DNA of 64,000 nt, taken from the NCBI GenBank assembly GCA_965140785.1, contig OZ223481.1:512001-576000 (forward strand). Direction: 5' to 3'. How positions within the stretch are numbered: position 1 is the first letter of the stretch; the number at the start of each line of letters is the position of its first letter. The stretch is from an uncultured Ruficoccus sp. GTDB lineage: Bacteria; Verrucomicrobiota; Verrucomicrobiia; Opitutales; Cerasicoccaceae. The notes beneath the pieces were generated by a model that had not been told where the DNA came from, searched no databases, and saw only the letters and a list, made by a program, of their open reading frames with translations. Of the stretch, positions 29,901-39,039 are shown one piece after another. Both the position numbers and the translations under genes were made by a program.

Positions 29901-30761
29901 GACCTGCTCCAGGGTGACGGGGACATTGTTGCGCTGGGTGATGACCGTCTGGCGCAGGTCGTCGAGGTTTTCGATCAGGCCGAGGCCACGAATGACGTAC
30001 TCGACGCGATTAATCTCGATCGTGCGCGCGCCGACGTCCTGGTTGCTGCCGCGCACCGCGTCGAAAACCTGTTCCAGCGTGATGTCGTACGTGCGCAGGG
30101 CATCCGGGTCGACATCGACTTGGTAGTCCTTGACAAAGCCGCCGATGGAGGCGACCTCCGCCACGCCGTCCACGCCCTGAAGGGCGTAGCGCACATACCA
30201 GTCCTGCACACCGCGCAGCTCCTGCGTGTCCCAGCCGCCGGCGGGCTTGCCCTGCGGCGTGCGGCCCTCCAGCGTGTACCAGAAGACCTGCCCCAGCGCC
30301 GTGGCATCGGGCCCAAGTCGCGGCGTGACTCCGTCGGGTAGTGTGCCGGCGGGCAGGCTGTTGAGCTTTTCCAGGATGCGGCTGCGCGACCAGTAAAAGT
30401 CCACCCCGTCCTTGAACACGATGTAGATCGAGGAGAACCCGAACATCGAGTAGCTGCGGACGGTCTTGACATCGGGTAGGCCGAGCAGGGCGGTCGTCAG
30501 CGGGTAGGAGACCTGGTCTTCAATGTCCTGCGGGGAGCGCCCCGGCCACTCGGTGAAGACGATTTGCTGATTCTCGCCGATGTCCGGGATCGCGTCCACC
30601 GGCACCGGGTGACGGGGGAGCAGATCCAACTCCCAGTCGAACGGAGCCGTGATCAGGCCCCAGGCGATCAGCCCGAAGGTGAAGATTGCGACCACCAGTC
30701 GGTTCTGCAGGCAGAACCAAATCAAGCGATTAATCGGATTTGCCGGGGGCTCAGTGGGCAT
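26978..30761 (-). pseudogene. cusA: CusA-type heavy-metal RND efflux permease, split by a +1 frameshift near 29729
   Basis: DAIPDIGENQQIV N-terminus, GIAIAIG.IVD, Met triad contexts (LLMPT, SMIET, VMLQSG). Removing one C from CCC 29728-29730 restores RKTLADGTVSQVEIVPFYDRTGLI. Confidence 0.85.
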
Positions 30762-32634
30762 GGCTGTCTGTAGTGAGATTTTCACTACTAAGTATTTCCA
30801 GCGTCTCGCCGCACCCGGACATCATGGCTCCGAAGTACGGGTTGCGCAGCGGTTCTTCGGTCTGAATCCAGTCCGCACCGTGGTCTGTGTAAACCATCGG
30901 GCAATGCATGACATAGAGCGTGTGATCCGCGGCGGTTGGGTCGGTTTTAAACGCGGCAATCATGGCCCGGGAGAGCTCGTCAAAGGTCGGACGGCGCAGG
31001 GTGTCGAGTGAGCCGGCAGCCATCATACCATGGATTAAATGCGCGGCGGGGCTGGTATGACCGGTGATGCTCATCATCGGCTTCAGGGCGGCCTTGGCCG
31101 CTGACAAATCGTCGGAGGCGAGGGCGTCCTGAAGTTTGAGGTACGGTTCGAGCAGCTCAACCGCTTGCTCGGTGGAGAGGTGAATCTTTCCGTCATCAGG
31201 TTCCATGGCTTCCCTCTTTATCGCCGATGGCGTGGAAGCTTCGGCAGGCTTGTTCATCTCCATCTTCGCCGGATTCATCATGCTGGGCTTTGCCTGTATC
31301 TGGAGGGCGCTGTCGATTTTAAAGGCCCCGTGGGTGACGACTTGGTCGCCTTCTTCCAGCCCTTGGGCGACGATATATGTATCGCCCGCCCGCGGACCGA
31401 GCACGATCTCCCGCCCCTCGTAGGTCGGGCGGTCAGCTCCCGGGATTGAGATGTAAACAACCGCTCGCTTACCCGTTCGCAGAACGGCGGAGGCAGGAAT
31501 GACGAGTGGCGCAGAGGCGTCCTCAGAGTCGTTGGTGTAGCCGAGCTTTTCGGCCGGGACGAGGTCCATGCCGCAGACATCGCAGGCGCCGGGCCCGTCC
31601 TTGACGATTTCCGGGTGCATGGGGCAGATCCACTTGCCGGAAAGGTCGGGGGCAAAGATACTGCCGTCACCTACCAGACGGGCTTTGACCACGCCCTTGG
31701 CGAACATGCCGGGCTTGAGCTTCTGGCCCGGGTTGGGGACGTTGACCCGGACGGAGACGGTGCGCGTCTTGCGGTTTACCTCCGGCTCGATGAAGGCGAT
31801 GGTGCCGCGAAAAGTTTCACCCGGATAAGCCTGCACGGTGAAGCTTACCGACTGCCCGTAGCGCAGCCACGGCAGGTCGGACTCGTAGGCATCGAGAAAG
31901 AGCCAGACCTCGTCGAGGTTGACGATCTTGAAGAGCGGTTCGCCGGTTTTGACGTACTCGCCTTCCTTGATGTATTTATTTACCACTACACCGCCGATGG
32001 GCGCACGCAGAACGAATCTGCTGTTGGGCTGACCCTCGGTGATGATGGCGTCGATCTGTTCGGGGAGGAGGTCCCACTGCTCGAGCTTGGCACGGGCGGC
32101 TTCGGTGATGCTGCCGTCGGGATCGCGCTCATGGGCGCTGATCAACTCACGCTGCGCGCTGAGCAACTCCGGGCTGTAAATCTCGGCCAAGTGTTCGCCC
32201 GCCTTGACCGGGATGCCGGTGTAGTTAACGAAGAGCCGGTCGATGCGGGCCGGGAAACGCGCGGTTAGGGACTTGATCTGCGTTTCGTCGTATTCGAGTT
32301 TGCCGACGAGCCGTATCTCGGCCTCCGGGAAGGTGCGCTCGACAGCGGTGGTCTGTATCTCAGCCAGGGCGCGTGCGCTCTCGCTCATGGTGAGCGTGCG
32401 CTGGCCGCCATCGTCCTCCTGCACGAGCGGGATCAGGTCCATGCCGCAGATGGGGCACTGGCCCGGCTCGGACTGCTGGATTTGCGGATGCATGGAGCAG
32501 GTCCAACTCGTGGCCTCATCCGCAGCGGGCGTGGCAGTTTTTTCTGCCGCGAGGGCAGGTAGGAGCACTGGACCGCTCAGGAACGTGGCGACCAGGAGGG
32601 TGGCGGCGAGAGTGGGGCGGATTATGAGTTTCAT
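30751..32634 (-). CDS. cusB: CusB-type RND periplasmic adaptor with heavy-metal-binding domains
   Basis: Two W.C.MHP...PG.C..CGMDL motifs, LKPGMF, C-terminal CPM...NPYFG..M..CG domain. Confidence 0.9.
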   Translation of the reverse strand: MKLIIRPTLAATLLVATFLSGPVLLPALAAEKTATPAADEATSWTCSMHPQIQQSEPGQCPICGMDLIPLVQEDDGGQRTLTMSESARALAEIQTTAVERTFPEAEIRLVGKLEYDETQIKSLTARFPARIDRLFVNYTGIPVKAGEHLAEIYSPELLSAQRELISAHERDPDGSITEAARAKLEQWDLLPEQIDAIITEGQPNSRFVLRAPIGGVVVNKYIKEGEYVKTGEPLFKIVNLDEVWLFLDAYESDLPWLRYGQSVSFTVQAYPGETFRGTIAFIEPEVNRKTRTVSVRVNVPNPGQKLKPGMFAKGVVKARLVGDGSIFAPDLSGKWICPMHPEIVKDGPGACDVCGMDLVPAEKLGYTNDSEDASAPLVIPASAVLRTGKRAVVYISIPGADRPTYEGREIVLGPRAGDTYIVAQGLEEGDQVVTHGAFKIDSALQIQAKPSMMNPAKMEMNKPAEASTPSAIKREAMEPDDGKIHLSTEQAVELLEPYLKLQDALASDDLSAAKAALKPMMSITGHTSPAAHLIHGMMAAGSLDTLRRPTFDELSRAMIAAFKTDPTAADHTLYVMHCPMVYTDHGADWIQTEEPLRNPYFGAMMSGCGETLEILSSENLTTDSHAH

Positions 32635-33923
32635 CGTGTTTGAGCGGCTTGGAAGGTTCCGAGGATGGGTTGGTTGACCAGCGTCTGAAGGGTGACGATC
32701 TGTTGCCAGGCGTCGGCGGCGGCTCGCCAGTAAAGGGTTTGGAGTTCGAGTACGTCGCGCTCGGTTTCGATGACATCAGGGATGTCTGAGCGCCCGCTTT
32801 CGTAGCTGGTGCGGGTGTTTTCGGCGGCCTGCTCGGCCAGTCCGAGCAGGTCCTCACCGTAAAGGCGCAGGCGGCGGTCGGCATCATGAAGCAGGGCCAG
32901 ACTGGCGCTCAGGTCAGCCTTGAGCATGTTGCGGCGACTGTCGTACTCGTTCTGCGAGGCGCGCATATTGGCCAGCGCTTCGGCGCGCGCGGCGCTATAT
33001 TTCTCGAACCAGATGGGCAGCGTGACGGCGACGGTAAAGCCCCAGGGGTCCTGTCCGGCATCCGGAGTGTTGGGGTTGATCGGATCGCCCAGTTGGACGT
33101 AGTTCAAACCGAGCGTGATGTCCGGATAGCTTTCCATCCGCGCAATCTCTCGGCGGGCTTCGGCGCTGTTGATTTTGCGCTCAAGCATGGCCAGTTCGGG
33201 ATTGTTTTCCTCCAGGGCCAGCCCCAGTGAGGGGCCGTCGGGCTCGTAAGAGGCAGGCGCCGCCCACTGCGGCCAGGGCAACACGCCGGTGCCCCCAATT
33301 GCCAGTAGCTCCTGTAGGCGTGCGGATTGAGCGATGCGTTTTTGCCGGAGGGTGGAGAGCGCGTCCTCGGCTTTGCCCAGTTCGACTTTGAGCCGCAACA
33401 GATCGTTCAAGTCATTGCCGGCTTTGACCTTTTCCTCGACGATCGGCTCCAGCCGCCCGAGCAGGTCCAGGTTTTTTCGGGTCAGCTCGATCGCCTTGCC
33501 CGTGTAGGCGTACTCGTAGTAGGCGATGGATACAGCCCGTGCGAGTGCGAGCTGCTGGTTCTGGTAGGCGAACCACAATGCCTCGGCTTCGGCCGAGGCT
33601 GCATCCTCGCGACTGCTGAGCTTGCCAAACCACGGGATCGTCTGGCTGAGCATAAAGACATTCTCCTGCGGACCGGTGCGGGTCTGGATCGCTTCGACGA
33701 AGTGGGTGACCTGAAACATGGGGTCGGGGAGGGCCGAGGCCTGCGGGATGCGTTTCATCGCCGCCTCATAGCGCGCTTCGAAGGTCTTGAGCTGCGGGTT
33801 CTCCCTCTGCGCCTGCTGGAGGTAATCCCGCAGGTTGGAGCCGACCCAGGGGGACTCCTGTGCGGATGCGCGACTCAGAAGGACGAGGCTGAAAAGGAGG
33901 ATTGAGTAAATAGGCCGGTGCAT
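32631..33923 (-). CDS. TolC/CusC-family outer membrane efflux protein
   Basis: Signal peptide, NPQL, LPDP, QTIPWFGK, YPDITLG; operon position. Confidence 0.88.
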   Translation of the reverse strand: MHRPIYSILLFSLVLLSRASAQESPWVGSNLRDYLQQAQRENPQLKTFEARYEAAMKRIPQASALPDPMFQVTHFVEAIQTRTGPQENVFMLSQTIPWFGKLSSREDAASAEAEALWFAYQNQQLALARAVSIAYYEYAYTGKAIELTRKNLDLLGRLEPIVEEKVKAGNDLNDLLRLKVELGKAEDALSTLRQKRIAQSARLQELLAIGGTGVLPWPQWAAPASYEPDGPSLGLALEENNPELAMLERKINSAEARREIARMESYPDITLGLNYVQLGDPINPNTPDAGQDPWGFTVAVTLPIWFEKYSAARAEALANMRASQNEYDSRRNMLKADLSASLALLHDADRRLRLYGEDLLGLAEQAAENTRTSYESGRSDIPDVIETERDVLELQTLYWRAAADAWQQIVTLQTLVNQPILGTFQAAQTR

Positions 33924-33984
33924 AATCAGGATCTCCACCGGGGGCGGCGGATATCCCATTTAACGCATCGTCACCGCCAAGCCC

Positions 33985-34554
33985 TTAAACTTTTTCCAGG
34001 CGCTCGCGCAGAAACTTCCGCGCGCGGTAGATGCGGGTTTCGACCGCTTTGACGCTGATCCCGAGGACGGCGGCGCACTCTTCCTGCGAGTTTTCCTCCA
34101 GCACGCAGAACACGAGCGGGAAGCGCAGCTTGTGCGGCAACTCTTCGATGGCGGCCTGCACCGCCTGGACAGACTCGCGGGCGTCCGCCTGGTTGGAGGG
34201 CGAGCGGCCGGAGCTTTCGATCATATCGCCCAGCCGTTGCTCGGAGTCCTCCCGGCGGGGAGAATCGAGCGAGATTTCTCCGCGACGTTTTTTCCGCCGC
34301 CGCAGGAAGTCCCGTCCCAGATTGGCCGCGATGGTGAAAATCCAAGTCCGTACGCGGGCCTTCGGGCGGAATCGGTGCGCGTATTTATACACGCGATAAA
34401 AAGTTTCGCTGGTCAGGTCCGCCGCGTCCGTTTCGTTGCCGCAGTAGCGCAGGGTGAAGTGAAAGACCGCTTCCTGATGGCGCCTCATCAGCGCGCTCAG
34501 GCCACTGTCGTCACCCTGCTGAATGCGCTCCAGAGCTGGCAAATCTTCGTCCAT
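33985..34554 (-). CDS. ECF sigma-70 factor (CnrH-like context)
   Basis: DLTSETF, TWIFTIAAN, LPHKLR, KAVETRIYRAR. Confidence 0.92.
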   Translation of the reverse strand: MDEDLPALERIQQGDDSGLSALMRRHQEAVFHFTLRYCGNETDAADLTSETFYRVYKYAHRFRPKARVRTWIFTIAANLGRDFLRRRKKRRGEISLDSPRREDSEQRLGDMIESSGRSPSNQADARESVQAVQAAIEELPHKLRFPLVFCVLEENSQEECAAVLGISVKAVETRIYRARKFLRERLEKV

Positions 34555-34569
34555 CGTCGTGGGCTGCGA

Positions 34570-35037
34570 TCATTCCGGCTGGCTGAGGGCTTCCACTGCG
34601 ATCTCGCGCAGTTTCGCCTGCTTATCCGGAGGCAGGACACTGAGCATGTCATAGTAATGCTCGATGGACAAGGTCTGCAATTGGCCGTGAACGACGTGAA
34701 GCCGGTGGACCGCGTCGTTGACTTCATCGGAGTAGCGGTCGTGGGTGCGCAGCAGTTCCGAGAGGGCGTCGATCCGCTGCTGAAAAGCCTCCAGTAAGGC
34801 CTCTCGCTGCTGGCGATACTCGAGATCAAAAGCGTCCAGGCGGGCCGATTCTGCGGGCGTGAGGTTCAGCTCGTGCCGCAGCCAGGCGTTTCCGGGAGGC
34901 TGGTCCTGGCTCGCCGTTTCATTGCCGATAACCAGGTGCGTGGTCAGAAACGAGACGCCAACGCAAACGCCGATAAGGATAAGGGTCAGCACCAGCAGCC
35001 GCTTGGCCGGGGCGGGGGAGGGGTCTTGAGTGTTCAT
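34570..35037 (-). CDS. periplasmic heavy-metal sensor (CnrX/NccX-like)
   Basis: N-terminal TM, ELNLTP, helical domain ending EHYYDML..LPP. Confidence 0.75.
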   Translation of the reverse strand: MNTQDPSPAPAKRLLVLTLILIGVCVGVSFLTTHLVIGNETASQDQPPGNAWLRHELNLTPAESARLDAFDLEYRQQREALLEAFQQRIDALSELLRTHDRYSDEVNDAVHRLHVVHGQLQTLSIEHYYDMLSVLPPDKQAKLREIAVEALSQPE

Positions 35038-35048
35038 AGCCGGGACGG

Positions 35049-35372
35049 TCACCGCTCGAACTTAACCAACTCGGTCTGTTTGACAAAGTCGAAATCCAGC
35101 GCCCGGCTGGCCGCAGCCTGTCGCTCGGTCTGATTCGCGTAAGCCGAAGCCGAGAAGGCGGTAATGACCGCGCTTCCCAGCGCGAAAAGGGCCACCCCCG
35201 CCATGATGGCAGCGCCGCTGGGAATGATATTCCAGGAAAACCAGCCGTGCGCTTCATCCCGCGATTCGGCCCGTATGCGCCGCCTCACCCGCGACTCCAT
35301 ATTCGCCGGGCACGGTGGGAGTTTTGCCTCCCGCATGCGCCTCAGCGCAGCCTCTATTTCACGATCGTGCAT
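35049..35372 (-). CDS. putative single-pass anti-sigma factor (CnrY-like)
   Basis: Short cytoplasmic helix (MESRVRRRIR) plus one TM; first gene of the sensor-sigma operon. Confidence 0.6.
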   Translation of the reverse strand: MHDREIEAALRRMREAKLPPCPANMESRVRRRIRAESRDEAHGWFSWNIIPSGAAIMAGVALFALGSAVITAFSASAYANQTERQAAASRALDFDFVKQTELVKFER

Positions 35373-35430
35373 GAATCCTTAAACGCACCCGCTTTCCCCA
35401 CCCCTCAAAAAACGTACAAATTTACATAAC

Positions 35431-35505
35431 TGGTGCCCCCACCGAGACTCGAACTCGGATTAACGGTTTAGGAAACCGCGGTTCTATCCATTGAACTATG
35501 AGGAC
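35431..35505 (-). tRNA. tRNA-Arg (anticodon CCT)
   Basis: Reverse complement GTCCTCA TA GTTC AATGGATA GAAC C GCGGT TTCCTAA ACCGT TAAT CCGAG TTCGAGT CTCGG TGGGGGC ACCA folds as a cloverleaf with encoded CCA. Confidence 0.96.
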
Positions 35506-35506
35506 A
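35468..35506 (+). repeat. left att core (39 bp, overlapping the tRNA 5' half)
   Basis: TTAGGAAACCGCGGTTCTATCCATTGAACTATGAGGACA, identical to 44460-44498. Confidence 0.95.
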
Positions 35507-35595
35507 ACCTGTTTATATAAAACGACTTACGATCCTGATGTCTTTGCCGTAGAATTGACTTGTCACCGAGTTTTGTAACCCCTTAGATTCAAGGT

Positions 35596-36672
35596 ATGCC
35601 AAAGACGAAGCCAGCCGACGCAGGAAGCGGCCAGTTCGTGAAGGTTGCTGAGAATCTATATCGGTATCAGCCATCAGGGGGTTACTATGCTTTGCTGAAA
35701 CGAGGCGGCAAGCAAATCCGCCGTTCGCTCAAGACTCAGGATCGCAAGCTGGCCGAGCGTCGTCTGGCCGATCTGCGCGAAAAGGTGGACCGCATCGACA
35801 CCAGCAAGGGCAAGACCAAGATCGAGTTTATGGAGGCCGCCCAGCTTTGGCTCGACTCGATGCAGCCACATCTCAAGCCCAGTTCGTTTCTTCGGCGGCA
35901 AACGAGTATCAAGCAACTCAAGCGGCATTTTGGCCGCCACTCGGTGCGAGCGATTACCCGCAAGCTTTGTGATGAATGGGCGAAGGCACGCAGTCCGCAG
36001 ATTGCAGCTTCCACGTTCAACAACGAGCGCGAGACTCTGGTCTCGATTTTGGATTACGCTGTGCGCGAAGGCTACCTCCTGGATAACCCCGCTCGCGTGC
36101 TCAAGCGTCGTCGCCAGGGCAAAACGCAACTCTCCATTCCGACCCGTGAGCAATTCCTCACGCTGGTGAAAACCCTCCGCAAGTTGGACCCGCGCTATTG
36201 GGCTGCTGCCGATCTGGTGGAGCTGCTCGCCTACTCGGGCATGCGCAAAGGGGAGGCTAACGCCATGCAGTGGGAGGATGTCGATTTTGACCGGGGGCAA
36301 TTCGTTGTCACCGGTGGCGTGACCGGAACCAAGAATTTAGATGTTCGCCACGTCCCGCTATTTCCTATCCTACGTGAGTTCCTGGCACGCCTGAAAGCCG
36401 ACTATGGCGACATAACTCCAACAGGTGACATTCTCCCGACCAAGAACGCCAAAAAGGCAATGGACGCTGCATGCAAGCAAGCCGAGCTCCCGCACTTCAA
36501 TCACCATAGCCTCCGCCATTACTTCGTGAGCAACGCCATCGAAAAGGGTATCGATTTCAAGGTCATCGCCCAATGGATTGGCCACAAAGACGGCGGCGTA
36601 CTTGTCGCCCAAACCTACGGCCACCTCCGCGATACACATTCGTTTGAGATGGCTAAATTAATGGATTCATGA
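35596..36672 (+). CDS. tyrosine recombinase/integrase
   Basis: N-terminal arm-binding region (IRRSLKT), SGMRKGE (R), HSLRH (HxxR), IGH, TYGH (Y). Confidence 0.95.
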   Translation: MPKTKPADAGSGQFVKVAENLYRYQPSGGYYALLKRGGKQIRRSLKTQDRKLAERRLADLREKVDRIDTSKGKTKIEFMEAAQLWLDSMQPHLKPSSFLRRQTSIKQLKRHFGRHSVRAITRKLCDEWAKARSPQIAASTFNNERETLVSILDYAVREGYLLDNPARVLKRRRQGKTQLSIPTREQFLTLVKTLRKLDPRYWAAADLVELLAYSGMRKGEANAMQWEDVDFDRGQFVVTGGVTGTKNLDVRHVPLFPILREFLARLKADYGDITPTGDILPTKNAKKAMDAACKQAELPHFNHHSLRHYFVSNAIEKGIDFKVIAQWIGHKDGGVLVAQTYGHLRDTHSFEMAKLMDS

Positions 36673-37364
36673 CTCCCGAAGATGAATTAACCGGTGGAAT
36701 TATACGGACGCTTCGTCAAGGTCTAATAAACAATTTAGGTAATAGCTTGCTCAATGACGATGAAAACGGAATGCCTCCCGATTGGGCTATTCACCTTTTC
36801 AGATTATCTGGTGTTGAGAAGGCTATAAGCGTATTACCTCAATTCATTGAGGCAATCGAAGGCTGCGAAGGTAATATTACGGATATACGCGCGAGTGGGC
36901 AACGGGCGGGGACCATCTCTGCCTTGTTTTTAGTGTTGCGTCATTACCTCAAGGAATTCCCACGCTTACAAGAACAGCTCTCAAAAGAAACATCCCGAGG
37001 TGAGGCGGAAATATCTTTTATTACCAATAGTATACTAGCTGAATGCTCAGGGCAATTTACCAATGCCATAGACAATGGGGAAACTCAGTATCTATTGGAA
37101 TTCACGAAAGCGTTCAGTATGCATCTTGACAATTGCATTGGAGAGCTGGAATTCAAAACGACAACAGCAACTCCCATATACATCGCCCTATCCCTACACT
37201 GGCCAACTATTGAGAAGATAAAGAATTTGCCTAGCCTACACTCTTGGCTATGCAAACAAATAGGCTCGCAACTCGTCGGAGATGAAGAGCGAATCAAGAA
37301 ACTTTTACAGCGAGCCGGCGTGAAGTTATTCAAGCCAGGACGCCCCAAAAACAGGGACACATAA
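36669..37364 (+). CDS. hypothetical protein, possible C-terminal DNA-binding region
   Basis: ATGA overlap with the integrase stop; AT-rich ORF; basic tail ending KPGRPK. Confidence 0.7.
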   Translation: MTPEDELTGGIIRTLRQGLINNLGNSLLNDDENGMPPDWAIHLFRLSGVEKAISVLPQFIEAIEGCEGNITDIRASGQRAGTISALFLVLRHYLKEFPRLQEQLSKETSRGEAEISFITNSILAECSGQFTNAIDNGETQYLLEFTKAFSMHLDNCIGELEFKTTTATPIYIALSLHWPTIEKIKNLPSLHSWLCKQIGSQLVGDEERIKKLLQRAGVKLFKPGRPKNRDT

Positions 37365-37415
37365 TTTTTCGGCTGTCCCTGTTTTAGGGAGATAAACTTA
37401 GCTATAGTCTAGCTC

Positions 37416-37610
37416 ATGAAAGCAAGAGCTAGATTACCTAAGCCTCGCCTCGCTTACACGAGAGAAGAGGCAGCCGAAGCACTCGGCCTGTCGGCGGTCA
37501 GTATCGACCGATTAACCAAGCGTGGATTGTTGCGCCCGTCGCGGGCAACGAGGCGTCCGCTATACTCGATCAGCGAAATACAGCGTTTCCTCCAGGAAAC
37601 GCGTGTCTAG
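37416..37610 (+). CDS. excisionase-like HTH protein
   Basis: AYTREEAAEALGLSAVSIDRLTKRGLL, MerR/Xis-type winged HTH of 64 aa. Confidence 0.85.
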   Translation: MKARARLPKPRLAYTREEAAEALGLSAVSIDRLTKRGLLRPSRATRRPLYSISEIQRFLQETRV

Positions 37611-37621
37611 GAGGGTGCGTC

Positions 37622-38641
37622 ATGGAAAACGAACATTGTTTTTCTTTGCCCCGCCCAAGGCCAAACACAGTCTTGCTGCAAGGTGGAGCGCAGCCGAAGG
37701 CGAGCAATACCTTGCGGCAGGACTGTAAAATTGGCCAGGCGGCGGCAAGGGAGATAACGCCAGCGTGTGGAGTAGGCGAGGCAGACGGCGGGACACTATC
37801 TCCATTCTACCCGAAATCGTGGTTTCACCCCATCGGAGTACTCAAGATAAGAAAAGAACTGCTTGAGCGTCTACCAGATGTCTCAGGATGCCTTTTTCTG
37901 ACCTTTACAGTAGACCCTAAGTTGTTTTCAGGGCCAGATTCCGCTTATAGTTATTCGAGGGATAAATTAAGAAAAATATTTTATCGATTACGCAATGGAG
38001 TCAATTGGGAGGGTAAACATTATAAAATTAATTCACCCTATTTCGTTAAAACGGAATTTCATAATAATGGCTTTGCTCATTACCATATAGTATTTCTGAC
38101 AAAGCGCTTTTTACCCGGTAATTTATTAAATCACCTTTGGGGCTTTGGTCGTACCAATGTTAAACGGATTTCCAATAAAGAATTCAATTACCTGCTTAAA
38201 TATGTTTCTAAAGGCAATGATTTACCCAATTGGGTTAAAGCTAAAAACCGCATTAGAATAGTTCAGCCATCTAAAGGCTTTTATTTAAAGCTTAATGAAT
38301 TAGCCAAAGGGCAGGACAATAGTAATCCTGAGCCTAAAAAGCGCAATTGCAGCGCGACTATTGGCGAACGAATTAACCTTTGGCGGCATAAAGCCGTGTT
38401 TCGTAAAGGAAAAAGGGCTTGGACCATTAAATTGGCCAAACCCTTCTTTGAAATCCTTTCGGAATTAATTCTCCCACTCGCCCAGACTGGCAAGTACTTG
38501 GGCGGGTGGACAATGAAAATCCTTAATATAGGAGAAATATCAAAATGGCTGATTCAACCAGCAAAAACAAGAATGAAATCAATATCCCTGAAAGCGGGAT
38601 TTATGTTCGGGGGGTCGTGGTCTCCAAGTCCTGCCGACTGA
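37622..38641 (+). CDS. rolling-circle replication initiator (HUH endonuclease)
   Basis: Motif I FLTFT, motif II EFH..G.AHYHIV, motif III YLLKYVSK (two Tyr); true start uncertain. Confidence 0.88.
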   Translation: MENEHCFSLPRPRPNTVLLQGGAQPKASNTLRQDCKIGQAAAREITPACGVGEADGGTLSPFYPKSWFHPIGVLKIRKELLERLPDVSGCLFLTFTVDPKLFSGPDSAYSYSRDKLRKIFYRLRNGVNWEGKHYKINSPYFVKTEFHNNGFAHYHIVFLTKRFLPGNLLNHLWGFGRTNVKRISNKEFNYLLKYVSKGNDLPNWVKAKNRIRIVQPSKGFYLKLNELAKGQDNSNPEPKKRNCSATIGERINLWRHKAVFRKGKRAWTIKLAKPFFEILSELILPLAQTGKYLGGWTMKILNIGEISKWLIQPAKTRMKSISLKAGFMFGGSWSPSPAD

Positions 38642-38883
38642 TAAACAAAAAAGATGGGTCTGGTCGACTTGTGCTCATTAAGCACGAGCTGGCTACACAG
38701 CCAGGAATGGCGGTTTGGGAAGAGTTCTTCGACCCTGCCCGAAACCCTGGAATCAAAATCGAGGGTGAGCAGGTCTCGACATGGCCACAGTGTGAGGAAT
38801 TCCAGCCTGTGACCCTGCGTGCTGAACGCTTCCGAATCGTTAACGAGACGCTTCACGTCTCAAACGCTGAGGTGATCAGCTAA
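38545..38883 (+). CDS. small beta-rich protein, putative ssDNA-binding (OB-fold)
   Basis: 112 aa, beta-strand pattern (IYVRGVVVSK), purine-rich RBS (AGGAGA), sits right after rep as in ssDNA replicons. Confidence 0.55.
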   Translation: MADSTSKNKNEINIPESGIYVRGVVVSKSCRLINKKDGSGRLVLIKHELATQPGMAVWEEFFDPARNPGIKIEGEQVSTWPQCEEFQPVTLRAERFRIVNETLHVSNAEVIS

Positions 38884-38914
38884 TGAACACCCGGGCGAAG
38901 GTCCAGAAGGACTG

Positions 38915-38949
38915 GCGGGCAGTCGCGCGAGAGCGCGACTCCCGCTTTT
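38915..38949 (+). terminator. GC-rich hairpin with T-tract (terminator and/or part of the replication origin)
   Basis: GCGGG-C-AGTCGCGC-GAGA-GCGCGACT-CCCGC-TTTT. Confidence 0.6.
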
Positions 38950-39039
38950 CCTTGTTTACATGAACAATAACTGTCAACTGGTCAATTGGTCGGGGGATTT
39001 CGGGCTTCACTTAAAGGATGGATGTCGCATTCTTTGTGC

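Noticed and set aside
26940..35430. Metal-efflux operon as an island integrated at the tRNA 3' end
   Set aside because: No duplicated 3' tRNA fragment or integrase found near 26.9 kb, and composition resembles the core. It cannot be excluded as an old acquisition.
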